DNA of 62,847 nucleotides, counting the filler, from Sphacelaria rigidula (taxonomy: Eukaryota), in the NCBI GenBank assembly GCA_964200075.2. It is 7 parts of 7 records of this genome, joined end to end, with 100 filler letters (N's around TTAATTAATTAA, not from the genome) between each part and the next. Parts side by side here need not be neighbours in the genome. Positions count along the whole stretch, not along the records: positions 44,965 to 53,856 come from CAXNAA020009823.1; positions 53,957 to 62,847 come from CAXNAA020009824.1; 5 more parts are not named here. One strand, 5' to 3'. Shown piece by piece: positions 51,101 to 62,847 of this stretch (the stretch's first letter is position 1; the number at the start of each line of letters is the position of its first letter). Position numbers and translations under genes: made by a program. The notes below the pieces were generated by a model, which worked only from the letters and a program-made list of their open reading frames with translations, ran no database searches and was not told where the DNA came from.

Positions 51101-51930
51101 CAGTGTGGTTATCACCATCGTAGAACATGTAGACAACATTTTTTCGACAGGAGAGAAGGAGATATATCACGAGTTTGATCCGGAGCTCAACACAATGATT
51201 CCCGTGAAAAACCCTGAAGACTTGCGTTGGTATTCTGGACTGGACTGTGAGAGAGACACTGAAAGAGGGACCATCAAGATGTCACAACAGACGTACGCAG
51301 AAGAGTTGACGGAGGAACAAGGTGTAGAGCGAGGAAAGAGTATTCCCATTGCTGCTGGTGTGAAGCTTCAGGATTTGACTGTAAGAGAACAGGCAACGAA
51401 ATTTCCGTTTCGGGGGTTAGTAGGATCGCTGATGAGGCTGGCAGCTCAAACAAGACGAGGCATATCCAACGCAGTACGTGCAGTAGCGAGATACTTTGCC
51501 CTACCTGAACTCATTCATTTCATGCTGCCCTTGGCATTCTTGGATAGATGAAGCGAAGAAGTTAAGTATTTCAGGGACCAGTTTCTATACATACAGTGTG
51601 CAGAGATTGAGCTGCCAAGTGTTGACGGATGCCGACTACGTAACTAAGGCAGCTGATAACGGTCGGTATCTGGGGGACTAGTGATGTGTGGGGGTGGATG
51701 TGTGTCTTGGTTTTCTAGGACGCAGAAGTGAGTGACGCTGTCTACAACGTAGGCAAAATGCGTTGCTATGGAACTGATCTCATCAAAGAGGTGTTGTGTT
51801 TGAGGTAGGTTTTGCGTTTTATGTAGGTGAAAATGCCGTGAATCCTCGCGTTCGAGGATAATGAGGGGGTTATTCACCTTGCACAGAACCCTGTAACGAA
51901 CTCCACCTCCAAGCACATTGACGGGCGGCA
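48200..51930 (+). mobile_element. Decayed Ty1/Copia LTR retrotransposon pol (integrase, RT, RNase H)
   Basis: Integrase: HLDLTGP, RCFRMDDDDGF, AVWAADRVNHSAT..SPYQ. RT: YAPTV, LRHFDVEQAFVQ, VRLNRSLYRLK, FRGLVGSLM. RNase H: TDADY, VSWFSRTQK, FEDNEG..LAQNP..SKHID. Integrase precedes RT, and there are many frameshifts. Confidence 0.95.
49229..49555. mobile_element. G-tract-anchored repeat (types A+B) with a fold-back inverted duplication, inserted in Copia
   Basis: Arms 49267-49395 and 49412-49540 are near-identical inverted copies separated by a 16-nt loop. Confidence 0.9.
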
Positions 51931-52045
51931 TCAAGTATGGCCCTCTTTTGCCTCGACCTGAGATGACAAGGGTCTTGTTTTTCGAATGATTGTTTGCCGT
52001 GAAGAACATTGTTGTATGCTTTTTATTTTTGCAGTGTCGACTATA

Positions 52046-53130
52046 CAGGCTAGGCCGCCCAAGACGCGAACAGGGGTGTGAACACGCGATTTAGCAGCCC
52101 AATTGTGGGTCGTTCTCTATGAAATTTTGACACGATGTACAAGACGGAAGTACAAAGACTCCATCTTCTGCCCCCTACACATGTTTTTTTCGCGAGTCAT
52201 TCACAATTTTGTTCCGGAATAAATTGTTCTGAAAATTTTGGTCGACGATAGCTCACGGAGAAAACAAACAAATGTAGGGGGCAGAAGATGACGTCTTTGC
52301 ACATACATTCTGTACATCATGTCAAACTTTCATACAAAACGACCCAAAATTAAGCTGCTGAATCGCGTGTTGGGATCAAAGTCCTGCTCCTATGTGGAGA
52401 TGGACCAGCCACGAAAAAATGAAACGCGGTTATGCTGTTCAATTTCAAGTATTTTTGCACGAAATTTTGACACGATGCGCATGAGGTATGTTGTAAAGTC
52501 CCTATTGTCCCCCTGGATATTTTGCTTTTTTCAATAAGTTGTCGACGCTTTTGTACCAGAAAATTTGTTCCCAAATTTGAATCACCAAAAACTCACGAGG
52601 AAGAAGAAAATAAATAAGGGGAAAACGACAGGGGCTTCGCATATACCTAATTTATATCGTGTCCAAATTTCATGGAAAACGACTTAAAATTGAGCAGTGA
52701 AATCGCTTTTTCCGTAGAGAACCGGTTCACTTGCTTTTAGAGTACAACAACCTCAGCCGGAACTTTGACGTTTTCTACAAGCCCGACGCCTTGGGGCACT
52801 GGAGATCTCGTCTGCGTGCCATCTCAGACCCTGCGCGCGTACAGAAAACGTCAAAGTTCCGGCNNNNNNNNNNGTAACCGTCAATGCGATTCCAGCCGGT
52901 TTTCCCCCCTAATTCCGCCGCGCATGACACCCTCAACTCTTTACACTTCGCATCTGACTACAGTTTGGTATTTCGTTTGATAGGAACTTGTCAGATCGCA
53001 GTGCTACGTGAAGTGAAAGGCGCGCGTTGATATGCAGATTACCGCGATGTGTCATACTAGGCACAACTCGCAATAGATCGTGAGTTAGAACCGGCTGAAG
53101 GAAAGTCCGCTTCTTAGGCGGCCCAGCCTG
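52046..53130. mobile_element. Non-autonomous Tc1/mariner-type DNA transposon (~1.09 kb)
   Basis: TA|CAGGCTAGGCCGCCCAAGACGCG ... CGCTTCTTAGGCGGCCCAGCCTG|TA. Internal inverted pairs at ~52080-52185/52268-52371 and ~52435-52520/52610-52710. No transposase ORF. Confidence 0.85.
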
Positions 53131-53856
53131 TACGTGTTATTTTCAGGGGAATGTTTTAAATTGATTTGATTGATTGATTGTCGCACTTTAACTGACCCCC
53201 CACGGGTCCAGCCGTGGTCTCATGGTGGACGTACCCAAGAAAAACGAAAATGAAACACGCTCTGAGAAAAAAAGAAGGAAAAAAAGGCCGAACAGAACGA
53301 CATAGTAGACCAAGTCGTGACAAAAAAAAAAGGAAGAAAGATGTTTAAAAGAAGGGAGTAACTGGCGATTTCAACTCCGTGCTTCACTTTTCCGACATCT
53401 GATGGATGGGGAAAAGGTATCGAACTTCAGATATCGAGGAAAGTTGGAATTTGTGAAGGAAAGTACAATTTCCTTTTTCAGGCGTTGCTTATATTGTGAG
53501 GAGATATGTGTATATAATCTTGATATTGACTCCTTGATATTCGATGGGGCTTTAGGCTGAGATGTTTCGCTTTCACAATCAACAGCATGGAATTAGCTAC
53601 GAGCAGGGAGGCTGATCGATTTCGCCAGCACTAAGGGCCCTTCTTAACGAAGGGGATAATCCCCTTTTTCAAAAATGACTAGTGATTGATCGCTGCGATA
53701 CCATCCCCTCCAAAAAATCCCCTCAACGTGCACAGAAATCTCCTCTAGAGAGGGGATTTCAGGAAGTGCAAAAACACTTCCTAAAATCCCCTTTTCAAAA
53801 GGGGATTTCCGGACACCTCGAAGGGGAACATACGTGTCCGGTTGACAGGGGCACAT

Positions 53857-53956
53857 NNNNNNNNNNNNNNNNNNNNNNNNNNNNNNNNNNNNNNNNNNNN
53901 TTAATTAATTAANNNNNNNNNNNNNNNNNNNNNNNNNNNNNNNNNNNNNNNNNNNN
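53857..53956. other. Artificial contig linker
   Basis: N44-TTAATTAATTAA-N44. Confidence 0.98.
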
Positions 53957-54016
53957 GACAACCAACTAGACTACTGATAAGTCAGCGCTGACTGGTCAGT
54001 AATCTAGTTGGTAGTC
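53957..54016. repeat. Imperfect 60-bp palindrome at a contig start
   Basis: GACAACCAACTAGACTACTGATAAGTCAGC|GCTGACTGGTCAGTAATCTAGTTGGTAGTC, with 4 mismatches. Confidence 0.85.
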
Positions 54017-54637
54017 TCTTAAACCGTCGCAGCTCCCGAACTATTGGCCGCACCAATCAACAGTTTGATCGAGTATTATCCGTTACAAGGTTAGGGTCTA
54101 TAATTTCTGTTCGTGGAATTGCACTTTTTTTAGAGTGCTTTTTTCTGTCGGGAATTCGGGAAAATATAGACATCATCAAACTTGTTCCAAAAAATCATCG
54201 ATCACTTGGTTTCAAGTGTACCACCACATTCGCTAATTTCTCGTGCCATGAAGAAACATTAAAGAAGCTTCCTGTGTCGATTGTATCTTTTGGCCGTTTT
54301 ACATGAACTGCAACATGAGTGTATTTATATATAAGCAACTAGTTGCGCGGAGTTTTCGGCAGAGATTTGCTCACGAGCAAGTTATTGCACGCAGTTGTGA
54401 CCGGGTAGTCGCCTGCTCGCATCTAGTTACACACGTTATTCACCCAGTAGTTGCCTGCCCGTAACTAGGCGCACCTTTTTGTGGCCGAGTAGTTGACTGC
54501 AGGCTACTAGTTGCTGAGGGTTTTGATGGAACAGTTGTTTCCAGGCACCTAGTTTTACAGGATTCCTACCAAGTAGTTGCGGGAAAGCGTATACCCACCC
54601 GAGGGAGTTGCGAAATATCGTTCGAAGAACATAGAAT

Positions 54638-54666
54638 CCCCCCCCCCCTTCATGAGTACACCCCCT
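54638..54666. mobile_element. Minimal remnant of the G-tract-anchored repeat
   Basis: TCATGAGTACA, the reverse complement of the fixed end TGTACTCATGA, sits between two C-runs. Confidence 0.5.
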
Positions 54667-56017
54667 CCTCCCTGGATGTTGGTTTGAGGGGGCAAGTGTT
54701 GCAACCCTCGTTTAAACACACATTGATGATGTAGGATTGCGCTAGCGGCCAAGCGGTACAGATTAAGCCAATACACCGGACCAATAAGCGGTGAAATAGG
54801 ATCCCAACGTGTTTCTCCGGCTACCCGCGTTGTAGGAGGGCATAAGTAACTGCGTTGGAAAGGTGGCTGTCGAGGTGCCGGAAAGTGAGCCCTGGGTATC
54901 AACAGGTGCCAAGGTGGCAGAAAAATATTGCTGGGAGATGGTTACGTGATCGAAATTGATTACCTGTTGACTTCTGTCCGTAGAACACGATAATATTATA
55001 GTTTTGGTATGGCGTGTACATTGTCCGCATGCCGTTGACTGTGTGCACACTGTTGTGGCGGTGAAGGAACGCCATAGCACGATAGACGAGAAAAACATCA
55101 TTGTTGTTCTTCTGCTGCGCTAGCAGGCACCGTAGGAAATACGCCCGAAGTCAAATGAAGTCAAGACGACCCGGTAGCTTGCTTTGCTGGAGAATCAACT
55201 GGCAGCACCCTGCACTTTGTAAATACGCACCCCCCACCGCACTCTGTAGGTGCTGCTTGTCATTGCAGTTTCCTCACCAGACCAACTCGCAGCTACGAGC
55301 CCCTCATTTCTATACAACTCGGAGCTTCGGCAGACATGTCCTCGGGTTGCTGTACAGCCCAGGTCGTGCTCAGGCAGCCAATTTCTTGGAAAATAACTCA
55401 AAACAGCTGCGACATTGGTGATTGACTCGATTGTTGCACTTTTACTGATCTCCCAGGGATGTATCTAGCTGTGGTCAAAAAGATAGACGAGCCCACGGTG
55501 AGTAAAACGAAAACGTTCGTTAGACTCGGAATAAGAAAACGAAGAGAAATGGATGAAACAAACGGAGTACGGTACAGTAAACGGAGCGAAAACGAGAGAC
55601 AAACTGAACAGGAAAACATGAAGGGACAGGAGAGAGAAAGGAAGGAAAGGAGAGGAGTACTTTGTATACGCACGGGTAATATATTTTATTTCCTCGCACA
55701 AACACTTTTTGACTTCACCAATCACCAGACTGTGATTTGGATAGTGATGGTGCCTCGTTTCCCAACTCTCGTACTCAACCCTCATCCTTTGAAGGGGTTC
55801 CAAGTACGGAAAAAGAAGGAGGCGATGTAAGCATCTACGTGTATCGGCCGATGCATCGAGTTTTTTCATGTTGTACATCGAGTTTTTTCAAGAATAGAAC
55901 ACCGGTGATGTAAGGAGAAAGATTGCATCAGCAAGCACGTGAGTGCACAGAAGCAATTGCTTGGTACTATTTTTATCACGCTGAAATTTACGTCAACGTG
56001 TGACTTGCGACGGCCAG

Positions 56018-59000
56018 ATGATCGGTTAGGCGGGCGAATCCGTACATACAAGGAGCCTCACGGCCAGGCGGTTGGGGGGCGTTCGATTGAGCTGGGGGCT
56101 CAGTGGCTTCACGGCACAGAGGGTAACCCTTTATTCGACTTTTGCGTTGAGGAGGGCATCTTCGATTCAGAAGGTGAGAGCCAGGTGCTGCTATAATCAC
56201 CTTGGCATGTGTGTGCATATTGTTTCAAACCCATATCACAGTGTTGACTTTGGGTAGAGAGTTGGCAGTTACTCTTGTAGGTGGTAATTATCAGTGGTGA
56301 TATCGGCGAGTAGCACAGCTATACTGCGTCAGACATACGAGACACTTTGCCAGGTGGTAGTTGCGCTAGCGTGCTGGTGATTGCCGCTGCATACGTGGGA
56401 GGGGGAGGGGGGGGGGAGGGGGGTCAGAATGTTGAAAGCGATGTTGATGTGTGGATGGACGTCTATCAGGTCGCTTGGATGAGACTGATCTGATACGTTT
56501 ATACAAATGTCTGACGAACGTATCGGTGATGAACGTTTAGGAAAGGTTCATAGATGAAAATCCTTCTACAAACCTGTCCCATCGTCTTGATTGCTTTGAA
56601 TATTTCATGGTCTCACACTACTTCAACTAATCTACTACGAATAAGATAGACTTTACGTGAAGCAAGTGTCGAGGCCTGGTGTGATGATAAGACTGTGGCG
56701 GGTGCCTTGCAACCGACGTGTACTGATATAAGCGCAGAAGCAAAAACGGATGGAGCCAATACAGTGCAGCCCGTTTGTTGTACACTCATCTATTTCCCCC
56801 AAACCTGCGATTTTGCTGTGCTCTGTCTGGTGTCGGTAGTCACGCCCCTACCAGTGTGAGGCTTGGGTGCCATGCCGGCGAATTTGTAGGGATCTTTTGG
56901 TAGATTGTGCAACAATTTGAGTGCTTTTTTAACTTTTACCCACACGCCGCCGACGAGAACCCACCATAGAACAACTGTATTGTACAGTACACTACCATAC
57001 CGTAAAGACGGCACAGTCCATCGGTCGACGGTGTAGCATCATGTTGTGCGCATCTTAACACAGTTCAACTGTAAATGAACGGCATCCCTGTAGCAAGTCA
57101 CGTTGTATTCCCTGGTCGATAGTGTGCATAGCAGCCCTTGGTCGGTTGTCGTCTTGTCGGGGACACAGCTATGACGAGGAGGTTGGGATTTGTGGCACAT
57201 CGACACATCTGTAGTGGGGTAATGCCCGATCTGCTTACCCAACCAATCGTGTTGTCCCTGCCACGCGTTGCGGAAAGTAGCGAGACGCAAAATAGAGTGA
57301 AACAATCTATAGATCACACATGGCGCATGTATATATTTTTATATATATATATATAACTTTCAAATCGTGGATAGCCGGCGTTGCGAGAATACTGGCGTCC
57401 CGCCGTCATCTGCCAGGTAGGCATCAATGGCTCGCCGGTAAGTGTCCACATGAACATCCCGTAAATCAATAATTTGAAACGAAGTTGCAAATAGTGGCAA
57501 GTGAGCGTTCGTTATTTCCTTCGGGTATCCGAGCTACGATACGGCTTGTGCTCTCTTGTGGATGAATCACGGGCAACAACATGCATGCGAGGGGTACAGA
57601 GTAAGAAAATTTACAGGCAGGGGGTGTCAGTATCCTGTCAGAAAAGCCAGCGCTTTCCTTCTCGAAACCAGCTAACATACACATCAGAGTCTAACATGTG
57701 AGGGCCGAAGGGATCGGAACCCCTTGCCGGGAGGAGAGCCTCCTCCGGCGGCAGCCTCCCGCAGGGACCCGGAGAATTTTTTCCCCGCGAAGGCATGTGG
57801 ACAGCGACTTCTATGCAATTTATGCTATTTGTTTCGCCATATCTATCAACATTTTGGATCGACATGAAAAGTGCAGTGGCAGCAAAACGTACGTGCTGGT
57901 ATAGTTTACAGCAACGCACAGGCGCCTAGTTCTACACACAACTGGTGGACCCGCTTCAACCGCATAGTTAGTAATTCAGAGTATACACTAGAGTGAAGAT
58001 CCCAGTGGTTGCAGTCGTGGACCACTGATTCCGGTTGTACCGCGATACGATACGCGATTTGCATGTTTTTCTGAAGAAGACACACAGCACAAGAATATCA
58101 TCACACAATATGTTCTTCGTCGTTAGATGGAAAGACATGGAGAAAGGAAGCAGGCCTTTCCAAAACACAAGAAACTCTAGTTACTAAACGCCAAAACGTG
58201 CAAAAATCGCAAAATGTGGTCGAGACGGACTTTAAGCCTGGCTATGACACGGCATCTCCTGACGATGCACTTTACTTCCCCGCGAGACCCCCAAACCGAA
58301 CCTGGGGGTCACATGTCATTTGAGCGGTCATAGCTTGACGGGAAAAGAAGGGTACGAAACAATCACGCTTCACTGATTTTAAATTACCGAAGCTATTCGA
58401 TGTCCATAAGATCGTTTCTGTGGCAGCGAAGACTCTCTTCGGGTAACGGCTTCGTCATGACGCCAGGACGGTGCTCAGCTAACCGTAAATATACCACGCG
58501 AATAACCTGCTCCGCTACTAGCTCCCCCAAAAACTAATGGCGCACATCTACGTGTTTCCTGTTTTGGGAAGCTCTCTGAGTTGCTTCCCAGCTAAATGGT
58601 AATCCTCTTACACAGTCAATGGAATACACATCTCCGCACGCGGTTGCATGAACTCAAGCACAAGACCAGAAGTGCCTTGTCTTATAGAATGAGCAGTTTG
58701 ATTTCATAGCAACGGTGTGAGACTAACACCAAAAACAGGTGTCACACACCAACAGCGGGGCTGCAACCATACCCTCAAGGCCCGTAGTAATGGAATTATC
58801 TCCCAATGAACGTTAGCGGCTCTCTCTTCAAAATCCTCTGAACCTAGTTGAGTCCCACGGAGCCCCTCCCAGAACCATGAGACTTCGTTCAGATCTTCAC
58901 ACAAGATCCAGCATTGTACATACGGTACATGGTGTATACCCTACATCTTCTTGGCCGTGGATGAAATTACACGATTAACAGAGAAGCCTTACCGCCGTTA

Positions 59001-61450
59001 CTTTGCCCCCGGCAGTGATACCTTATGAGGGCGTCCCTGCGCGGCGGAATGTGCCTCGTTCACCTTTTCCGGCGGGGTCGCCCACAACTGGGAAAATTTA
59101 CGAATCTGCTCCACATTATGGGAAAAGGTAGCAATATAAGGTGTTAGATTGGCGGTGATGCCCACGACATGAGACGTACACAATTTTGTCTCCTTCCGTA
59201 CAGTATGTTCACTTAGATATACCAAAACACGTGATGTGCGACGCCAACAATCCATATGCATCCCTACATGCATCCGCTGCACCCGCCCTGGACAAGCACG
59301 CCACTCCTTTCCCGATCGCGCTGGTACCAATCGTGGCCAGATACATCGAATGATGGTGTCGAGAAAGAGAGCCGGGGGGTGTAATGCGCTGTAGAGAATG
59401 ACATACTTCCCATCGGATCGCATATCCCGTTAAGAAGCGGTTTGCATAGCACGTTTCGAAGGACCAAGTTGCGAGAGTATCGTCTGTCCACGACAACTTC
59501 GCGTATAGTAGTTGCGGTTGCACAATTTTTGAATGCACCTCGCTGGAACTCTACACCTTACCCCCTCCGCGTCCCTGTACCACCGGTCCTATGCCTTTAT
59601 TGCTTGTGAGCAGAAGGAAGGGCGAATCTGGCTATGGCTAAGCACCCACGGATGTCGTCAAGGTTTCAGGCGCGGACATCGGACGGAGCTGAGGTGAGGG
59701 AGGCTAGGTTTCACCCTTGGACAATTATAGAACTTTGCTCGCGAGGCCTTGAGTGATGAAGGAAACTTGCGGTATACTGACCGTAAACAACGCTCGCTCA
59801 CCTTCTAGGGGCTCAATACATGGTTTTTCGGGAGAGAAGCGACTGTTCGTTTTCCCTAAACTTTTCGTTCACTTGTTTTTCATTGTATTTTATTGTTATT
59901 TACGGTTTGGACTTTTCGGTACGTGTGTTGACTCGACTGCCCGACAGTACCATGTCCGCTTTCCCTCCCGCGCATGTCCGATTCTTCACTGCAGGTCTCA
60001 GCCTCGAGTCTGCTTTCGTCTTTCTCCTCAAGTTTGGCATTGCATCCTGCTGCCTTTTCTGTGCGTTGAATACACCGCGAACACCGCTAACACGAACCAA
60101 AACAGGTGCCGAAGAAAGAATTCCGAAAGGTGTCCAAGGCGTGGTCGCAGGCGGTGTACGACGCGGAGAAGCTAGGCTTGACCTACGTGCTCGAGGACAA
60201 CAAAGGCCACGCCGATTCCACCACTTCCACCATCACCACAGAAGGAGTAGCAGTGCGCGGACACGCCTCCAAAGACGAGCGCGACCCGACCTCAGCAACG
60301 ACCACACCGAATGGCCACGTGATGGACAATGAGAGCCACAAGGTCGGTGATTTTTTATCTCGCAGGGTCCGCGAGCTCCTCGGTGAGAACAGCGGTGAAC
60401 CCAATGCAGGCGTGATGGGATATTTGGAGCGTAATCAATGCACAACTGATGGGTGCGATGACCTCCGCGACCTTTCTCTATCGGGGTACGGGGTTTATGT
60501 GGAGCTCAAGGGCGGCAACGTTCGGGTGCCCGGAGGATATTCCAGGATTATCGACGCCTTGGCGCTAAAGGTGTGGTCGGGGTACATACGAAGTGTGCGG
60601 TTGTGCGGTATGTGAGTATTTGAAAATGTCATGGGTACAGCGCTGAGATGGCCGCAAGTACGGCCTAACTGCTGAATGGCATACCGGTATTGTAGCGTAA
60701 CTGTGATGGTGCAAGATTTCTGTCCATATGGCGTGACTGTGGCGACTCTACTTCCTTCTCTATGACGCACGGGTATTACGTATATGTGTTGTACAAAGGT
60801 AATTCGGAGTAGATGTATGGATACGGTGCAAGTAGCACGCTCGCGGGGAGCTGAGCGCACCTCACCCTTCTCCCCCTCGCCTCCACGACCTCCCACAAGA
60901 CATACGAGGACAGGATACGTTTGAATTGCCCAGTGTCATCGGTGCATTGGGATACTGGAGACCAAGCCAGTGACAGCGAAGTGGTTGATATAAATAGCAC
61001 CCCGCAGCTGCAGGATGGCGGCCATGCAGCAAGCGGTGGAGATTGTGGGGGCGGTAACAGGTGCTATTCATGTGTTGTGGAGTACAAGACGAAGGGAGAC
61101 AGGAGCGGCGGCTTCTGCACGAAGAGGATCGAATGCCAGCACGTGATCGTTACCGTCGGACTGGGGGTGCTGAAGGTGAGAGGTCGTTATGCTCGGACTG
61201 CATCCGATCCGGTATTCCCCCGTCTCCTGTCGCTCAGCGTCAACGAGTGAATTTGATGCTCTTCCGGCATCACTAGACGCTCGCCGTCAACATCTTTTTT
61301 TTTCTAATTTTGCGACGGCGACTGCGACATCGTTTTTTTGCGCTGCCGATAGGAAGGGGGTGCGATGAAGTTTATTCCACCTCTCCCTGCCAGCAAGCTA
61401 TCGGCCATCACACGCCTGGGATTCGGCACCACCGACAAGGTTTTCCTGAG
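56018..61450 (+). CDS. Flavin-containing amine oxidase (polyamine/spermine oxidase-like); 5' and 3' partial
   Basis: Phase-compatible exons. 56018-56173: DRLGGRIRT..IELGAQWLHGTEGNPL. 59614-59693: linker exon. 60106-60570: LSLSGY..GGYSRIIDALA. 60900-61175: IRLNCPV..HVIVTVGLGVLK. 61353-61450: FIPPLPASKLSAITRLGFGTTDKVFL. The GxGxxG exon was not found in this contig. Confidence 0.92.
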
Positions 61451-62746
61451 GTAAGCAACGTTACACTTCACTCCGAAACCAGCGTGTTGGTTGGGTGCAT
61501 TGGTTCTGGAGTCGACAAGGTAAATTTTGTACGTGAGTGAAAAAGTGACCTCATTGTCGCCTGCATTGTATCATCCAGGTTAGCAAATGTTACGCCGCTT
61601 GTACCGAGTAGATCGTGTGATGTTTGGGCGCGTAAGCGTTTCGATGGTTCATTCTACTCAATCACTTTCAGGCGAGTAGAGTCGCGCTAGCTGGCACGGT
61701 GACCTTCAGGTAGGAAAACGTGCGCCAGCTGCGACAATCGTGTGCGCGGTGGCGCACCACATTTGGGTTGCCGGCGAAGCGTTTGACCTTGACGCTATGC
61801 TGTCTTGCGTGTGTATGCGTACCCTTTTTTCGTGCTGCTTTCAAGCGGTTGGATGTCGTCAACAGGCTGGGCATGAACCTCGCTCGAAAATTCAACATAT
61901 CTTGGTAATGTTAACATCCAGAAATGACATTCCGTACTCGTGAACCGTTCATCTCCACAGGAGTTTTATTGTCGTGCTTCCTTGAACCCTTCAAATGAAG
62001 GTGTGCGCCGAGCGACAATATTAACCGGAGCAAGTGCAGGGAGGGAGAGTCTTGGCAGAGGACTGGGCCCTCGAGATCCACGCCAGACGCTACATCGCAC
62101 ATTGGCGTTCTACGCCCAATCTCGGAGACTGCGAGTAAGTTTCCGCTCCTTATATCTCACGTCAGCGGATACGCCAAGGTTTGCATTGCGAAGACTGCGT
62201 TTTCCTCCCGTTATTGTGATGTTGATGTCGAGGAATGAACGAGCACAGTTTGGGATATCAGACGAGAGTGTCTTTTCGATTGTGGGTAAATATCCAAACC
62301 GACATACTTGGGAGCACTCGGAATGGGTAACGGGTTATACACGGTGATGGCGTTCTAGTGGCTTGACGATAATTTTTTGTCCCGAGGTTCCGTTTCGGTC
62401 TACTTGTTTAGTTTCTCGTCGCCATTTGTAAAGCTTCGTAGGAGTGTCACTAGGCGCTTTTGTCGTCTTTTTCGTCAACGGGATTTTTAAAATAATGATG
62501 TAAGACTCAACGCCAGTCTGCAGCACCTATCGGAAATGCAATGATAACCGTTGTCGGGGCATCATGTAGAGTTGTGAACTGGTTTGGCTAACCGGGTAAC
62601 TGCTTGCCAAAAATTACAACCAGCTCCAGCTATCAGTTGAAACTGGATAACTGGCAGAGAAGCCACCTCGGGACTCCGCCAGCGTCGCCTAGCACGGCAG
62701 CTCGGCGAAATCGCGTAAACGCCCCCCCCCGGCTGTGTAATGTATG

Positions 62747-62802
62747 GAAGAAACGTAATGTGCATTTGAAGAAACGCAATGTGCATTTGAAGAAACGTAA
62801 TG
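62747..62802. repeat. 21-bp tandem repeat, ~2.7 copies
   Basis: GAAGAAACG(T/C)AATGTGCATTT is repeated. Confidence 0.9.
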
Positions 62803-62847
62803 AGCGCCAGAATGTTGGAGGTGTCTCTATTAGGGGTAGGAACGGTG

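Noticed and set aside
58700-59540. Minus-strand ORFs in the amine oxidase intron
   Set aside because: No recognisable motif or splice structure. Possibly TE debris, but not supportable.

Overview
Eukaryotic, intron- and transposon-rich DNA, most consistent with a brown alga (Phaeophyceae, stramenopile). The assignment is inferred from an ASAF-type bipartite plastid presequence, Sig1/mastigoneme-like EGF exons and long GT-AG introns. The window is not one locus: it is seven contigs of 8893, 8893, 8893, 8893, 8892, 8892 and 8891 bp joined by identical 100-nt N44-TTAATTAATTAA-N44 linkers, apparently sorted by length, so genes are cut at contig ends. It holds five partial host genes: a PGP/SHIPPO-motif ODF3-like protein, a probably plastid-targeted type I DnaJ, a Sig1/mastigoneme-like EGF protein, a saccharopine-dehydrogenase-like oxidoreductase with a plastid-type presequence, and a polyamine-oxidase-like flavoprotein. 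It also holds two decayed LINEs, decayed Gypsy and Copia elements, several MITEs, tandem arrays and hairpins. The most unusual signal is a short repeat family (7 sites in 4 contigs) with one fixed end fused to G/C homopolymer tracts, variable truncation at the other end, and clear target-site duplications in two copies. It is a candidate poly(C)-tailed, G-tract-primed retroposon.
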